Assembly: GCA_002839445.1 (NCBI GenBank)
Contig: PGYB01000011.1
Span: 13,817-77,816, forward strand
Direction: 5' to 3'
Source of the DNA: Candidatus Riflebacteria bacterium HGW-Riflebacteria-1
GTDB taxonomy: Bacteria > Muiribacteriota > Ozemobacteria > Ozemobacterales > Ozemobacteraceae
DNA: 64,000 nt
Positions within the stretch are counted from its first letter, which is position 1, and every line of letters begins with the position of its first letter. Position numbers and translations under genes: made by a program. The notes below the pieces were generated by a model. The model did no database searches and was not told where the DNA came from. It saw only the letters and a list, made by a program, of their open reading frames with translations. Below are positions 1-9,657 of this stretch, piece after piece.

Positions 1-341
1 TAGCATCGCCTGAATTCTTGCAAGCTTTGAATCATGAGGCCCGTAGGGCATGCTGGCATAATAGCGTACAGCATCGCACCCTATTACTACCAATGCCGTG
101 CCGTGACCCGCTAACAACCTCAAGACGTCATGCGTCACTGTTGTTCCTGGTTGCAACATAATTCCAGAAAGCATTTGAAAGGGAATCGCGTAATCGCCTG
201 CGGCAAATCACCGTCGCCAGCAGTAGTGAAACGCAACGTTCCATCTTCTGCCCAAAGTCGCCCTTTGGAAAGCCAGAGCAATCCAAACCTGTCAGACTGA
301 GGAATCCGTGCAGTCTCAAGCCCTAATCTGCCTTTCAGCAT
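1..341 (-). pseudogene. cas1: Type I-E Cas1, 5' part (runs off window), with a 1-nt frameshift near 201-203
   Basis: ATG at 341 directly after the cas6e stop. MLKGRLGLETARIPQSDRFGLLWLSKGRL...GDL continues in another frame as AGDYAIPFQMLSGIMLQPGTTVTHDVLRLLAGHGTALVVIGCDAVRYYA, which is the typical I-E Cas1 N-terminus. Confidence 0.85.
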
Positions 342-342
342 A

Positions 343-1086
343 CTATTTCGCAATTGGCTTCAAAAGAAGCATTCCAAACCCAAAGGAGCTATGTCTACCA
401 ATTCCTTTAGTTATAAAACCTGTGAACTTTTCACCGTCCTGAATAAGCAATTCTCCTTTCAAACAAGCCTCTGGCCGCTCAAGAATCTTTGCAGTTCTGT
501 TTTCGCCCTGAGTTCTTCTCAGAAACTTTATTCTTTTGAACCCTTCAAGGCGGATAGACTCAACCTTTGCTGCTGCTGATCGTGTGAATTGTTCCAAACC
601 CCATTTTTTATAGACCTGCTCTCTACTTTGCTTCAATGAACTTTCCAAGTTGAGCGCGATCAGAAAAGCATCTACCTCAGCGCCTTTTTTAAACTTTCCG
701 GAACTGTTTCCAACCCTGACAACCGGGCAAGTTTTGACTTCAAAGTGATACTTTTTTCCTGTTGGCCAATTTTTGGGCATAGGTTTACTCGAAAACGTTT
801 CCCAGTTACAGGAAGAATATCTTAAAGGAGTGGAGTATTCTTCAGCCAATTCTTGAAGGTCTTTTGCACTTTGGTTAGAATAAGCCAGAACATTTATCCA
901 GCCAGCTTTTTGGCCCGTTATGCAGAATGTGGAAAACACATTTTTTCCAAACATCTCAAGGATCTGCTGATGAATGTAGTAACCTTCATCTACGTCTGTT
1001 TTCAATAAACCGGACTCGGATGCTTGAATCATTATCTTGCGCGCGTCAAACTGCATTTGAACCATAAACAATGGTAAGTTATTCAT
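343..1086 (-). CDS. cas6e: Type I-E Cas6/Cse3 crRNA endoribonuclease
   Basis: C-terminal G-rich loop GIGRHSSFGFGMLLL; position in operon. Confidence 0.93.
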   Translation of the reverse strand: MNNLPLFMVQMQFDARKIMIQASESGLLKTDVDEGYYIHQQILEMFGKNVFSTFCITGQKAGWINVLAYSNQSAKDLQELAEEYSTPLRYSSCNWETFSSKPMPKNWPTGKKYHFEVKTCPVVRVGNSSGKFKKGAEVDAFLIALNLESSLKQSREQVYKKWGLEQFTRSAAAKVESIRLEGFKRIKFLRRTQGENRTAKILERPEACLKGELLIQDGEKFTGFITKGIGRHSSFGFGMLLLKPIAK

Positions 1087-1802
1087 CGTTTTGCCTCCAG
1101 TTTCAGCAATCCATGGCGTATGCTTCGCTGGCCAACGTGAATTTGATTTTCCCAGTCTCTCTCATCCGTGACCATGGTTTCCTCATAATCTGCTTCATTC
1201 AAGCCAATTTCAGATGACCAGACTTCGAATTCGCCATGATGGCCAAGAGTGTTGGAGACATAGCTTTCAATTGCTGCCAATGTGGAGTCTGACTCAACCA
1301 ATGCTTCAAATAGCTTTGTAGATGGAATGCAGCATTTTCGGCCGATAAAAAGAGGTCTGGCTGGCCTTTGTAGCGCCTCCGCTATATCGGCAATCTTTAA
1401 GGAATCATTTTCGCTTTTAAATTTTATCGCTACTAGAAACGAGGCATTTGCCCAATAATCTCTGTTTCTGATATGAGTGCCTTTGGAACTTCCACCTGCC
1501 CGGACTTCCAATTGATGTTTCGTTGTCCAACCCCTATCAATCATGAAGTTCTGACCAAGATCAACAGTTTGGTAATCAGTTATTTTTTCGCCGCTTTGCA
1601 AGCAGCAAACAGAGTAGAGCAACTGGCTTTGCAATGTATTCAGTGAATCGAATTCACTATGATAGTAACCAAGAGCATTTGCCAACATTCCACACAATTG
1701 AGATAATGATGGAAAAGCCTGGATCGTTCCAATATTATCAACGATTGGCGCTCCAAAGCTCATCAAAGGAGCTTCAAGGCGCATTAGCAAGACTTTATGC
1801 AT
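1083..1802 (-). CDS. cas5e: Type I-E Cas5/CasD
   Basis: LLMRLEAPLMSFG N-terminus, PSLSQLCGMLANALG, RDY, LFIGRKCC. Confidence 0.93.
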   Translation of the reverse strand: MHKVLLMRLEAPLMSFGAPIVDNIGTIQAFPSLSQLCGMLANALGYYHSEFDSLNTLQSQLLYSVCCLQSGEKITDYQTVDLGQNFMIDRGWTTKHQLEVRAGGSSKGTHIRNRDYWANASFLVAIKFKSENDSLKIADIAEALQRPARPLFIGRKCCIPSTKLFEALVESDSTLAAIESYVSNTLGHHGEFEVWSSEIGLNEADYEETMVTDERDWENQIHVGQRSIRHGLLKLEAKR

Positions 1803-3006
1803 GGCTCCTCACTTTGCTGGCAATCCAATCTGCTGCAGAATCTAAAGAAATTCCTACTTTATCTTTGTCGATTACTGGTTTAAAGAGCGCTACGTTGCCA
1901 ATTGCAGAGACTGCTCTTTCATTGGAATTGCCATACATATTTTGCATCTGGTCCATGTAATTTGTTAATGCGACATATGAATTTTCCAGCAGATCAGGAG
2001 ACTGCTTTACAGGTTTCAAAAAAGCATTTGCTAAGGTTCTTGGCTGTTCGTTACCAGATTCGACCATCACCATGCTGGCATAACTGTAAGGCGCTGTAGA
2101 TCCTAGTTTTGCTCCTGGGGATACCTTGGCGACGAGATGAACAAGTTGTTTTACAACTTTTGCCGCGAGTTCTTTGTCGGCGCTTCGCCATTCGGTTGCT
2201 TTGCAGCCCTCAAGGTTGGATATAAGTAAAGGAACGTCAACTACTACATAGCCGTAGTATAAACCGCTGGTAAGCTCAACTGAATTTATATGGCCACTTT
2301 TCAGCGCTTTTTCTTCATTATCTGCGTCTAACAGATCGTCAATTGCCGCAAAATAATCGCTTTCGCAGGATTCTTCATGAACCGTTAGTGCATGAGCCAC
2401 GTGAACTGCAGCATCACCTCGAGCTAATATGTCACTTGTAACCATTCGACCAAATAATGCAGCATCCAGGCCAGCAGCCATTTTAATGGCACTCAGATTT
2501 TTTTTGATCTCTTTTATGCGGTCCTTGACTTCTTTCGCGGCACTTTCACCTGAAACAGCCTTTTGGCAAACCCCTTGCGCAACGGAAAACAGGTAATCCA
2601 CTTCGGGTTTGCCTAATACTGTAAGCTGGCTTGTAGTTGCTTCTACTGAAGCGACTTCCTCTTTGCCTTTTTTGGCGGCACTTTTTTTGCTCTTACCTAA
2701 AATTTCTACAATCAGTGCGTCAACTACCGGTTTGACAGTTGAATCAGCGCAACCGGTTGCCAGCAAAGGCTTTCTTATGCATTCCTCAAAAGTTCTTCTC
2801 GAACGAATTGAGCCAGGAACATTAAGAGCCTTTAACCCAATTGCACCATCAAAGACTCGCCAATGCCTCTTAAGGCACTGCGAAGAAATCCTTAAGCGTT
2901 CGCCGCCACCAAAGGGAATGCGTTTGGCAAAACCGGCATCGTCACGATTGAGAAGTGCGGCCGGGTATGAAGTAAGAAAATGTATTTGTACGAATTTGTC
3001 AGACAT
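1795..3006 (-). CDS. cas7e: Type I-E Cas7/CasC backbone subunit
   Basis: LNRDDAGFAKR, RISSQCLKR, ALFGRM, DYFAAIDD motifs. Confidence 0.95.
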   Translation of the reverse strand: MSDKFVQIHFLTSYPAALLNRDDAGFAKRIPFGGGERLRISSQCLKRHWRVFDGAIGLKALNVPGSIRSRRTFEECIRKPLLATGCADSTVKPVVDALIVEILGKSKKSAAKKGKEEVASVEATTSQLTVLGKPEVDYLFSVAQGVCQKAVSGESAAKEVKDRIKEIKKNLSAIKMAAGLDAALFGRMVTSDILARGDAAVHVAHALTVHEESCESDYFAAIDDLLDADNEEKALKSGHINSVELTSGLYYGYVVVDVPLLISNLEGCKATEWRSADKELAAKVVKQLVHLVAKVSPGAKLGSTAPYSYASMVMVESGNEQPRTLANAFLKPVKQSPDLLENSYVALTNYMDQMQNMYGNSNERAVSAIGNVALFKPVIDKDKVGISLDSAADWIASKVRSHA

Positions 3007-3541
3007 TTTTGTTCTCCTCTGATTTGTTATTGAGAGCTTGTGATCTGTAATAATCTCTAGAAATTTTTCTGCGAACGATTTGAGCTACTTCGCTGTCACT
3101 ATGGCTTTTCATAAGCTCAAATGCTTCTGAAATATTTCCAGAAATTCCTTTGGAAGAAAGATACTTGCACATATAGCATACCTGCTTGCGTAGTGCGTCT
3201 TCATTCGCTTTTAACAGTCTATAAAAACGTAGTTCGGGATACCCGGCGTTACTCAGTGCCACACCCAGCGACACAGACGGGTTAAACATAGAAGCATCAG
3301 ATGCCATGGCACATAAAAGAACCATCAGGTTTTTTTCAAAAACCATTGCTTTTTTTTCATCAGCAGTCGGGTAAAATTTGTAGTTTTCTAAAGATGGCAT
3401 GGCAATTCGATAAAATGCTGGTGGCGGTGGCTCGTCAGGTTTTTGGCGTTTTAATTGAGCCAATTCACCGTTTGATGCCAGTCTTGTTATCTTGAAGTTG
3501 ATTTCTTCGAACAACTCCTTTAATGATTCATGCTGATCCAT
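2999..3541 (-). CDS. cse2: Type I-E Cse2/CasB (Cas11) small subunit
   Basis: Size and position between cas8e and cas7; ELRFYRLL and ISRDYY motifs. Confidence 0.85.
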   Translation of the reverse strand: MDQHESLKELFEEINFKITRLASNGELAQLKRQKPDEPPPPAFYRIAMPSLENYKFYPTADEKKAMVFEKNLMVLLCAMASDASMFNPSVSLGVALSNAGYPELRFYRLLKANEDALRKQVCYMCKYLSSKGISGNISEAFELMKSHSDSEVAQIVRRKISRDYYRSQALNNKSEENKNV

Positions 3542-5048
3542 CTGTTTTCTCCTTTACGAACAAGTGCTGGAAACGTTTTCTTTTGCAGCCTATAAACATT
3601 CCTTCAGCTTCACAGCTAATTCTATAGAAGCTGACAGAGGCTGTTGGCAATCTTTTAATAGCGGTCTGCAGGATTTCATGTGCAGTGTTGAGTAGCTCAA
3701 TTTCCCAGAGTCTATTTGCTTCCTCATCCTGCAATTCAATTCCCGACCAGAGTTTTGGGAAAAATTTTTGATCTACCTTTGTGGTAAATCTGGCAAGCCA
3801 TGGCATGGCTTTTCTCAAATCATCATTTAATAGCTTCTTTAAAGCCGGTAAAAGAACATTCTTTTCGATTACTGAAGCAATGTTTACCCACTTCTTTGAT
3901 TGCTCTCCTACCTTGTCTTTTCCAGAAACGGTCGCCAGCATTTTTCTTGCTTTGGCGGGTATTTTTACCGATCTTTCATGGTAGCCCTCTGTCTCTCCCT
4001 TTCCTCGCACCAGTACAGATCCCCAAAAGAAGGCTTGTTTAGCGTCTTGCTTAATCTCCTGGGTTACACCTGCCTTGTAGACATTTCCAAAAATAATCTC
4101 TTGAGTTAACTGGTAGTCAAAACCTTTGCTGCTGACACTCAACGCCTTTTGTTCCTCTTTGTTTACAGGGGTCCATGGGTCGCCAGTCCGGCCATTTAAA
4201 TCTTTCGCTAAAATCCTTGCTGATTTTGAATTTTGCAAAGAAGCAATTATACGGTTTGCCTGCTTGACTAATCGAATGCGTCTGCAAATCTCGATGAAAA
4301 AGGGATTCAGTTCGCTCAATTCGATTTGTGTCTTGCCATTCCAGGCCTTAAGCCATAAAAGACAAATTCCGTCTTCAGATTTATAGTGTTCATAAGCCTC
4401 TAATATCTTATTTCTACCATTAAGGCACTTTTCAATATCATCAATAAATACCTTGCCAGGCAAGTGACTACTTCGAAATGTCGCACATGGTCTGCTGCCA
4501 AAGCCTCCGTTCATGCGTGCTATGCCGTAGTTGCCACGCCCCATTACGCCTTGCATTGTCTGCAAAGAAATTAGAGCGTATAACCAATGTGAATACCGAG
4601 GATTAATAATCCTTTTCATTTTAACATCGTGATTTTTCGCTGTATTCAACAGATCAATCAGATCTGGCGAGTCGCCATTATCAGTTTTAAAACTGGTTAG
4701 ATTCCCTTCAGGAACAGGAGACTGCATGAATGCCGGTTTTGCCAGGTTCGGCACGATCAGCGACCAGGCTTCATACTCACCATTTGTCATGGTCAGGAGC
4801 ATTTCTTTCCATTTTTCGACAGAATCGCAATATGCAAGTTGATGCTTGTGTAAGGTCATGGCTGCAAGCTGAACCAGAAAAGCATGCCATGAATGTTGTT
4901 GATGCTTTTGCAGAGTAATAAAGGCTTCGATTTCGTTTCTGGTTAAGCAGGCCAATACTTCTGGTAATGTTAATTCATGCTCGTTGCCATCTGTTTTTCT
5001 GACCTGAATCAGCTTGTCAGACAACAAGCAATGCTCGTAATTATGCAT
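3528..5048 (-). CDS. casA: Type I-E Cas8e/Cse1/CasA large subunit
   Basis: WHAFLVQLA, AFMQ, KNHDVK, GNYGIARMNGGFGSR, FIEICRRIRL. Confidence 0.9.
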   Translation of the reverse strand: MHNYEHCLLSDKLIQVRKTDGNEHELTLPEVLACLTRNEIEAFITLQKHQQHSWHAFLVQLAAMTLHKHQLAYCDSVEKWKEMLLTMTNGEYEAWSLIVPNLAKPAFMQSPVPEGNLTSFKTDNGDSPDLIDLLNTAKNHDVKMKRIINPRYSHWLYALISLQTMQGVMGRGNYGIARMNGGFGSRPCATFRSSHLPGKVFIDDIEKCLNGRNKILEAYEHYKSEDGICLLWLKAWNGKTQIELSELNPFFIEICRRIRLVKQANRIIASLQNSKSARILAKDLNGRTGDPWTPVNKEEQKALSVSSKGFDYQLTQEIIFGNVYKAGVTQEIKQDAKQAFFWGSVLVRGKGETEGYHERSVKIPAKARKMLATVSGKDKVGEQSKKWVNIASVIEKNVLLPALKKLLNDDLRKAMPWLARFTTKVDQKFFPKLWSGIELQDEEANRLWEIELLNTAHEILQTAIKRLPTASVSFYRISCEAEGMFIGCKRKRFQHLFVKEKTDGSA

Positions 5049-5050
5049 GT

Positions 5051-7699
5051 TTACTCTCCTCGCGGTAATTTTCTAAGACCCAGGCGGTCATAAACAAACT
5101 TGTCCAGGCCCAAAGAAAATGATAGTTCACCATCTAATCTTCTTGAAACTACAGGCTCGGTATCGGAACTTACGCCTTTTGCCATAAAAGCCGGGATGCT
5201 AATCTGTTTGAATTCGGTATTGAAGGCACTAATTGTAGCCTCCGAAAAGATCGCACATCTATCTCCTTCACCAAGGCGGGTTTGGATTTTTTCGTCTTTT
5301 ACATCGCCGCTGTTGTATTCCCCTAATGGGTTTTCCCACTCAAATCGGTTAAGAGCCGCTCCTGTTGATTTCCCAAAAGCTTTCCCGCGAACCAGTTTCA
5401 TTTGTTCGTTGAAACACTCCGCTGAATCGCATATCATTTTTAATGCTTCAGAATGCATGGTGTTTTCAATCAGTTCCCGGTTCATGTCAGGAATTGTCAC
5501 GCACTTGTGCTTTTCGATCTGTTGCCTGGTAGCTTCAATAGTTACCAGGTTTTCATAAACCACGCCTAACCCCATTTCTGTTTTTATATAATCAGAGCTT
5601 TTGTTTGTTGATATTTCGCTCGCAATCTTGCCGATGCCTTTTCTGGGCTTGTTAACTATGCAAACAGGTTCTTTGAACATGGGGTTACGGTCTGCTCTAA
5701 CGTGCCTGTGCAAGCGGCCAATTCTTTGTAAAAGCACATCCATTGGCGCCAGGTCGGTAATCATGAAGTCAGCATCAATATCCAAACTCTGCTGCACAGT
5801 TTGAGTGGCACAAACCACACAACCTTCTGCTTTAGAGCCTTTCCCGAAGCTTTTTTCCAGAGCAAGGTCGAGTTTTTTTCGATCGTCTGGAACGAATCTT
5901 GAATGATGAGGAGCCGGGAGTCCAGAGCATCTGAAAAGACAATCAGTCGAAGCTTCTGCTTCTGCAATTTTCTCAAGTTCATACTGTGTTTTGATACAAT
6001 CACCGACAGTGTTTCGGATAATAAGAACTCGCCCGCCCAGTTTGGCTTTTTCTAATGCCAGTCTTGCCGTATTTTCAAAATCGAGTAGTTCTGTCCGCCA
6101 GGCAACTACCTTTTTTTCTCCCGCAGGTGGCAAAGCGATCTGAACGAGTTCTGAGTTGACAGCTTTGCTGACAAGTAGTGGAAAGTTCCTTTGAGCAGCT
6201 ATTTCTAGAGACAGGGTATCAATCTTTTTTCCGGCAATTCCCAGATATGTCTCTGCCATCTCGCAGCCTAGTGTGGCTGACATAAGTAATGAGTGCCCAG
6301 CTGATTTAATGTGGGTTTGCAGAACAAATTTTAGAATTCGGTTCATATATTCATCAGAAGCATGGACTTCATCGACAACAAGAAATAATCTTTGTAAAGC
6401 TGCAGCCCTTAACAGAGAGTGTTTTACGGCAAGTTGAGAAAGAAGAATCTGGTCGATTGTGCCAACAATAATAGATCCAGCCAGATATCTTTTGGGATTT
6501 TCTGCCGCCCAGCCGCGCAGTCTAAGCCTGTCATCAACGACTTCGTCATCTGACCAGAGCACTTTGAAACCCGGTAGTTTCTGCCCTTCCTGGTCATCAG
6601 CCTTTAAATAGCCTGGAACCGCCAAAATAACTGGTGGGCGGGTTTTATCATCTGGAAAAGACTTCGCAACGTAGCCTCTGATTCTCTCAAAAATTTGAGT
6701 TGCAGCTGTTCTCGTTGGCAGGGCGAAATACATGCCATCAACAGCTCCAGCTTCCATTAAGCGTAAGAATCTCCCAAAGCATGCTTCGGTTTTCCCGGAA
6801 CCTGTAGCTGACTCTAGAATTGTTATCGAACCGTTACCTACAATTGGCATTTGAGCCGTAACCTTTTGTATTTCATACAGCGGAAAGTTAAAAATTCCGG
6901 GAAGGTCATAGCCAGCATTTGCAAGATAATCTTGAGCGTTACATGTTTCAACTCCAATTGCTTTCAGTGCTTCAGGAATCCTTGGCAAAACTGAAGTTGC
7001 TCGGTCCTCGCCGGCTTGAGAGAACGAGAAAAACCTTGTATCAGAGGCTATCCAGTCAGCCAGGCAGACAAGTCCACTGAACATGTACTGGAAATAGCTA
7101 GAATCAGGCAACTTGTCTTCTAACAAGTCCGAACGTAAGTTTGGAAAAATTGAAAAACAGGCATCAGTAACGCGTTTAAGGCCATCAAAAGGGTTGATGC
7201 CACAAGTTGGTTTCCAGTGAATGGCTTTCGAATACTGTTCACAGCCATCTAAGCGATATGTTTTACCATGATGCATTATTGATGCAATAAGATAAAAACA
7301 AGATGAGTCATTGGCGCCCCATGGCTCGATTTCTTTATAGCGTAACCCTGACAGCAATTGGGCATTAAACAGTTCTGAGTTGTAAATCAAACCTAATGCT
7401 TCTCGAACATGGCCGGCTAAGAAAGTTTGATTACTTTTTGCTCTGTTTTGGAAGCCGTTGTTGAGTTTGCCGAGATCATGCAAGGTGGCAAAAAAACTTA
7501 ATCGGTCAATCTGAACTTCAGTCAGCTCTCTTTGCCCGACTAGGCTGGCCAGAGTGTTTCTTATCTTTGTTGAAGAGCAGATGGCTTTAAAAACCAGACC
7601 CACATCAATACAATGGTCGATCAGCGGGTGCCAACTTGCAGTGTTGCCTGCTTCGTCATGCTCAAGTTTTGCCCAAAAATCGGTTGGTTCGCCCCTCAT
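5051..7699 (-). CDS. cas3: CRISPR-associated HD nuclease/helicase Cas3
   Basis: HDLGK and ADWIAS (HD domain), TGSGKTE, DEVH, SAT, QRIGRLHRH. ATG at 7699 has GAGGT upstream; the ORF track starts at 7711. Confidence 0.95.
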   Translation of the reverse strand: MRGEPTDFWAKLEHDEAGNTASWHPLIDHCIDVGLVFKAICSSTKIRNTLASLVGQRELTEVQIDRLSFFATLHDLGKLNNGFQNRAKSNQTFLAGHVREALGLIYNSELFNAQLLSGLRYKEIEPWGANDSSCFYLIASIMHHGKTYRLDGCEQYSKAIHWKPTCGINPFDGLKRVTDACFSIFPNLRSDLLEDKLPDSSYFQYMFSGLVCLADWIASDTRFFSFSQAGEDRATSVLPRIPEALKAIGVETCNAQDYLANAGYDLPGIFNFPLYEIQKVTAQMPIVGNGSITILESATGSGKTEACFGRFLRLMEAGAVDGMYFALPTRTAATQIFERIRGYVAKSFPDDKTRPPVILAVPGYLKADDQEGQKLPGFKVLWSDDEVVDDRLRLRGWAAENPKRYLAGSIIVGTIDQILLSQLAVKHSLLRAAALQRLFLVVDEVHASDEYMNRILKFVLQTHIKSAGHSLLMSATLGCEMAETYLGIAGKKIDTLSLEIAAQRNFPLLVSKAVNSELVQIALPPAGEKKVVAWRTELLDFENTARLALEKAKLGGRVLIIRNTVGDCIKTQYELEKIAEAEASTDCLFRCSGLPAPHHSRFVPDDRKKLDLALEKSFGKGSKAEGCVVCATQTVQQSLDIDADFMITDLAPMDVLLQRIGRLHRHVRADRNPMFKEPVCIVNKPRKGIGKIASEISTNKSSDYIKTEMGLGVVYENLVTIEATRQQIEKHKCVTIPDMNRELIENTMHSEALKMICDSAECFNEQMKLVRGKAFGKSTGAALNRFEWENPLGEYNSGDVKDEKIQTRLGEGDRCAIFSEATISAFNTEFKQISIPAFMAKGVSSDTEPVVSRRLDGELSFSLGLDKFVYDRLGLRKLPRGE

Positions 7700-7971
7700 C
7701 GAAGACCTCAAATGTGCATTTTAGCCAACGAAATTTGAATTAAATTTCTAAGTGTGGCTTATCTGATTTGTATTTGTTTACCTTATAATAATTAAATTAT
7801 GGTTACAAGCCTTTTCCTCGAATTATGGCTTGCCTTCGGCCAGTTGCCGAGTTTGAACCTAGCCAAACTACAAAAACCAAGGTCAAGTGACTATTTTCCT
7901 GCTATTTCCTTCGCTAAATAGCATTTTAAGGGAGTGTTCAAAGGTTATAATTCTTGAACTTTCTAGTAATT

Positions 7972-8271
7972 TTAGATTAACCGCATGCGTTTGCTAACGC
8001 CTCGGCACCGGTATAGCGGGTTGCCACAGTAGCCAAATTTTGCTGACCTGTTGCGCGAGTTGAAATCGAAGCATTGAACCCGGCCAACTGCTTCGCTGAT
8101 TCCATCTTCGAAGAAAACCAGATTTGACTTGCGGTCAGTTGGTGGCACTCTAACGCCATTCACAACCGGCCGACAGGTGCGTTCTTCAAGCCGGCATGTA
8201 TCCTTCCATTGCGTTGCAGCCATGGCCTGAGATGAAGTCATTGTTTCAAAGCGCAAGCGATCTGCCGTCAT
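7972..8271 (-). pseudogene. Truncated RimJ/RimL-type GNAT acetyltransferase
   Basis: FDFNSRNRSAKFGY..NPLYRCRG resembles motif A. The ORF stops at 99 aa where the AT-rich cas-upstream DNA begins. Confidence 0.55.
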
Positions 8272-8437
8272 GTTCAGTTACCTCGCTGTTCAAGTAATAA
8301 CACATCTTACAGATCATTGAAAATTGCTGATCGTTTCGAAAGAGTTGTTGGCAAATCATGTGCCCAAAATGCATGAACAGGCTTTATCCAGATTATGCGG
8401 AAGAAGCAGATGACGGTCAGAAAATCCCCGGCTGAAT

Positions 8438-8926
8438 CTATTCATTGATGATAAAAGCAAACGCGCTGGATGGGTCCCAGATGTAGTCTGAAGTGGCACG
8501 ATAACCGCGTAGCCAGAGAGTTCCGTTCAGCCGGCGCAGATAGAAACCATTGGGATATTCTTCGTCATCTCTGGTTTTTGCCGAAGCTACCGTCAAATAC
8601 GGCCCTTCAGGCTGATCCATATGCTGCAGTCGGAAATGTGCCGCCAGCTCAAGCGGGCATAAAGCAAGTCCCTGCCGCGAAGCTGCTGCAAATATTTCAG
8701 AACTGGTGCCACCATTATTCAGGCCCAATTCTTGTGCTGAAACCACGGCGAGGTTTACCTGCTGCGGCTCTGAGATCGTAAAATGCGGGTCATCAAAAAG
8801 AACTCTGGCATATTCATTCTGTTGAATCCCTGCCTCGGCAAGCCTTTGCAATAGCTGCTCCAGGGGCATCCCGCCAGTGGTAATCTTCTTGAAATTTTTT
8901 GTTGCCATATCAGTTCTTATGGTCAT
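8438..8926 (-). CDS. Conserved hypothetical protein
   Basis: Clean ORF directly downstream of the NUDIX gene; LALCPLELAAHFRL and LWLRGYRA look conserved. Confidence 0.7.
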   Translation of the reverse strand: MTIRTDMATKNFKKITTGGMPLEQLLQRLAEAGIQQNEYARVLFDDPHFTISEPQQVNLAVVSAQELGLNNGGTSSEIFAAASRQGLALCPLELAAHFRLQHMDQPEGPYLTVASAKTRDDEEYPNGFYLRRLNGTLWLRGYRATSDYIWDPSSAFAFIINE

Positions 8927-8927
8927 T

Positions 8928-9362
8928 TTACGCCTGGTTACTGCAGGGCTTTTTCAGCAGGTTAACTCCGGCTTCAACCAGTTCAACTATTTTCAGCTCA
9001 GACAGCCGGTCAAGCTGGTGCCATTCGCAGCGGTCGGTGGTTCCTGAAGCTTCATGCCGCAGCTCGCCGCCGACAACTGTTATGTTGTAGAGGATTCTGA
9101 TTCCCTGAAACTCTTCATAGTCTCTTTTGATAAACAGGTTATCTATGCCGGCGATGCCTTCGGGTCTGACGATCAGGCCGGTTTCTTCTTCGACCTCACG
9201 CACGACTGCGACATCGGGGTTCTCGCCAAACTCAAGCCCACCGCCCGGAAGCGTCCAGCATCCTTCCCATTCAGGAATCTCTCTGGAAAGACGACAGAGC
9301 AGAATGCGCCCCGCATCGTGAATAAGAGCATAAGCAGAAACACGTAATCGCTGATTTTTCAT
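8928..9362 (-). CDS. NUDIX hydrolase
   Basis: Nudix box GGGLEFGENPDVAVVREVEEETG. Confidence 0.92.
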   Translation of the reverse strand: MKNQRLRVSAYALIHDAGRILLCRLSREIPEWEGCWTLPGGGLEFGENPDVAVVREVEEETGLIVRPEGIAGIDNLFIKRDYEEFQGIRILYNITVVGGELRHEASGTTDRCEWHQLDRLSELKIVELVEAGVNLLKKPCSNQA

Positions 9363-9657
9363 ATAGATGCTGCTACCCTCCTTGTCAGAACCTGTCCGGC
9401 ATTATACAACAGGCAAACCAACCAGCTCTGGTTGATTTAAAATTGTTACTCAGGCAGAAGATTTAAACGTTACAAGAATACTGGCAGAGTAAGAGGGATG
9501 GCTAATGCTGGGTTGCGCAGGATAGAGCAGCTCTGCTGAGACAAGCAACTTTGACGCAATCACGACAACTCTAACCTCAAGGTCGCATCTGCGCTGGTTG
9601 TGTTATACTGGCGCAAAATAGTTGTAATCTTGTTGAGCCCGGTGACGGTTAACGCTT

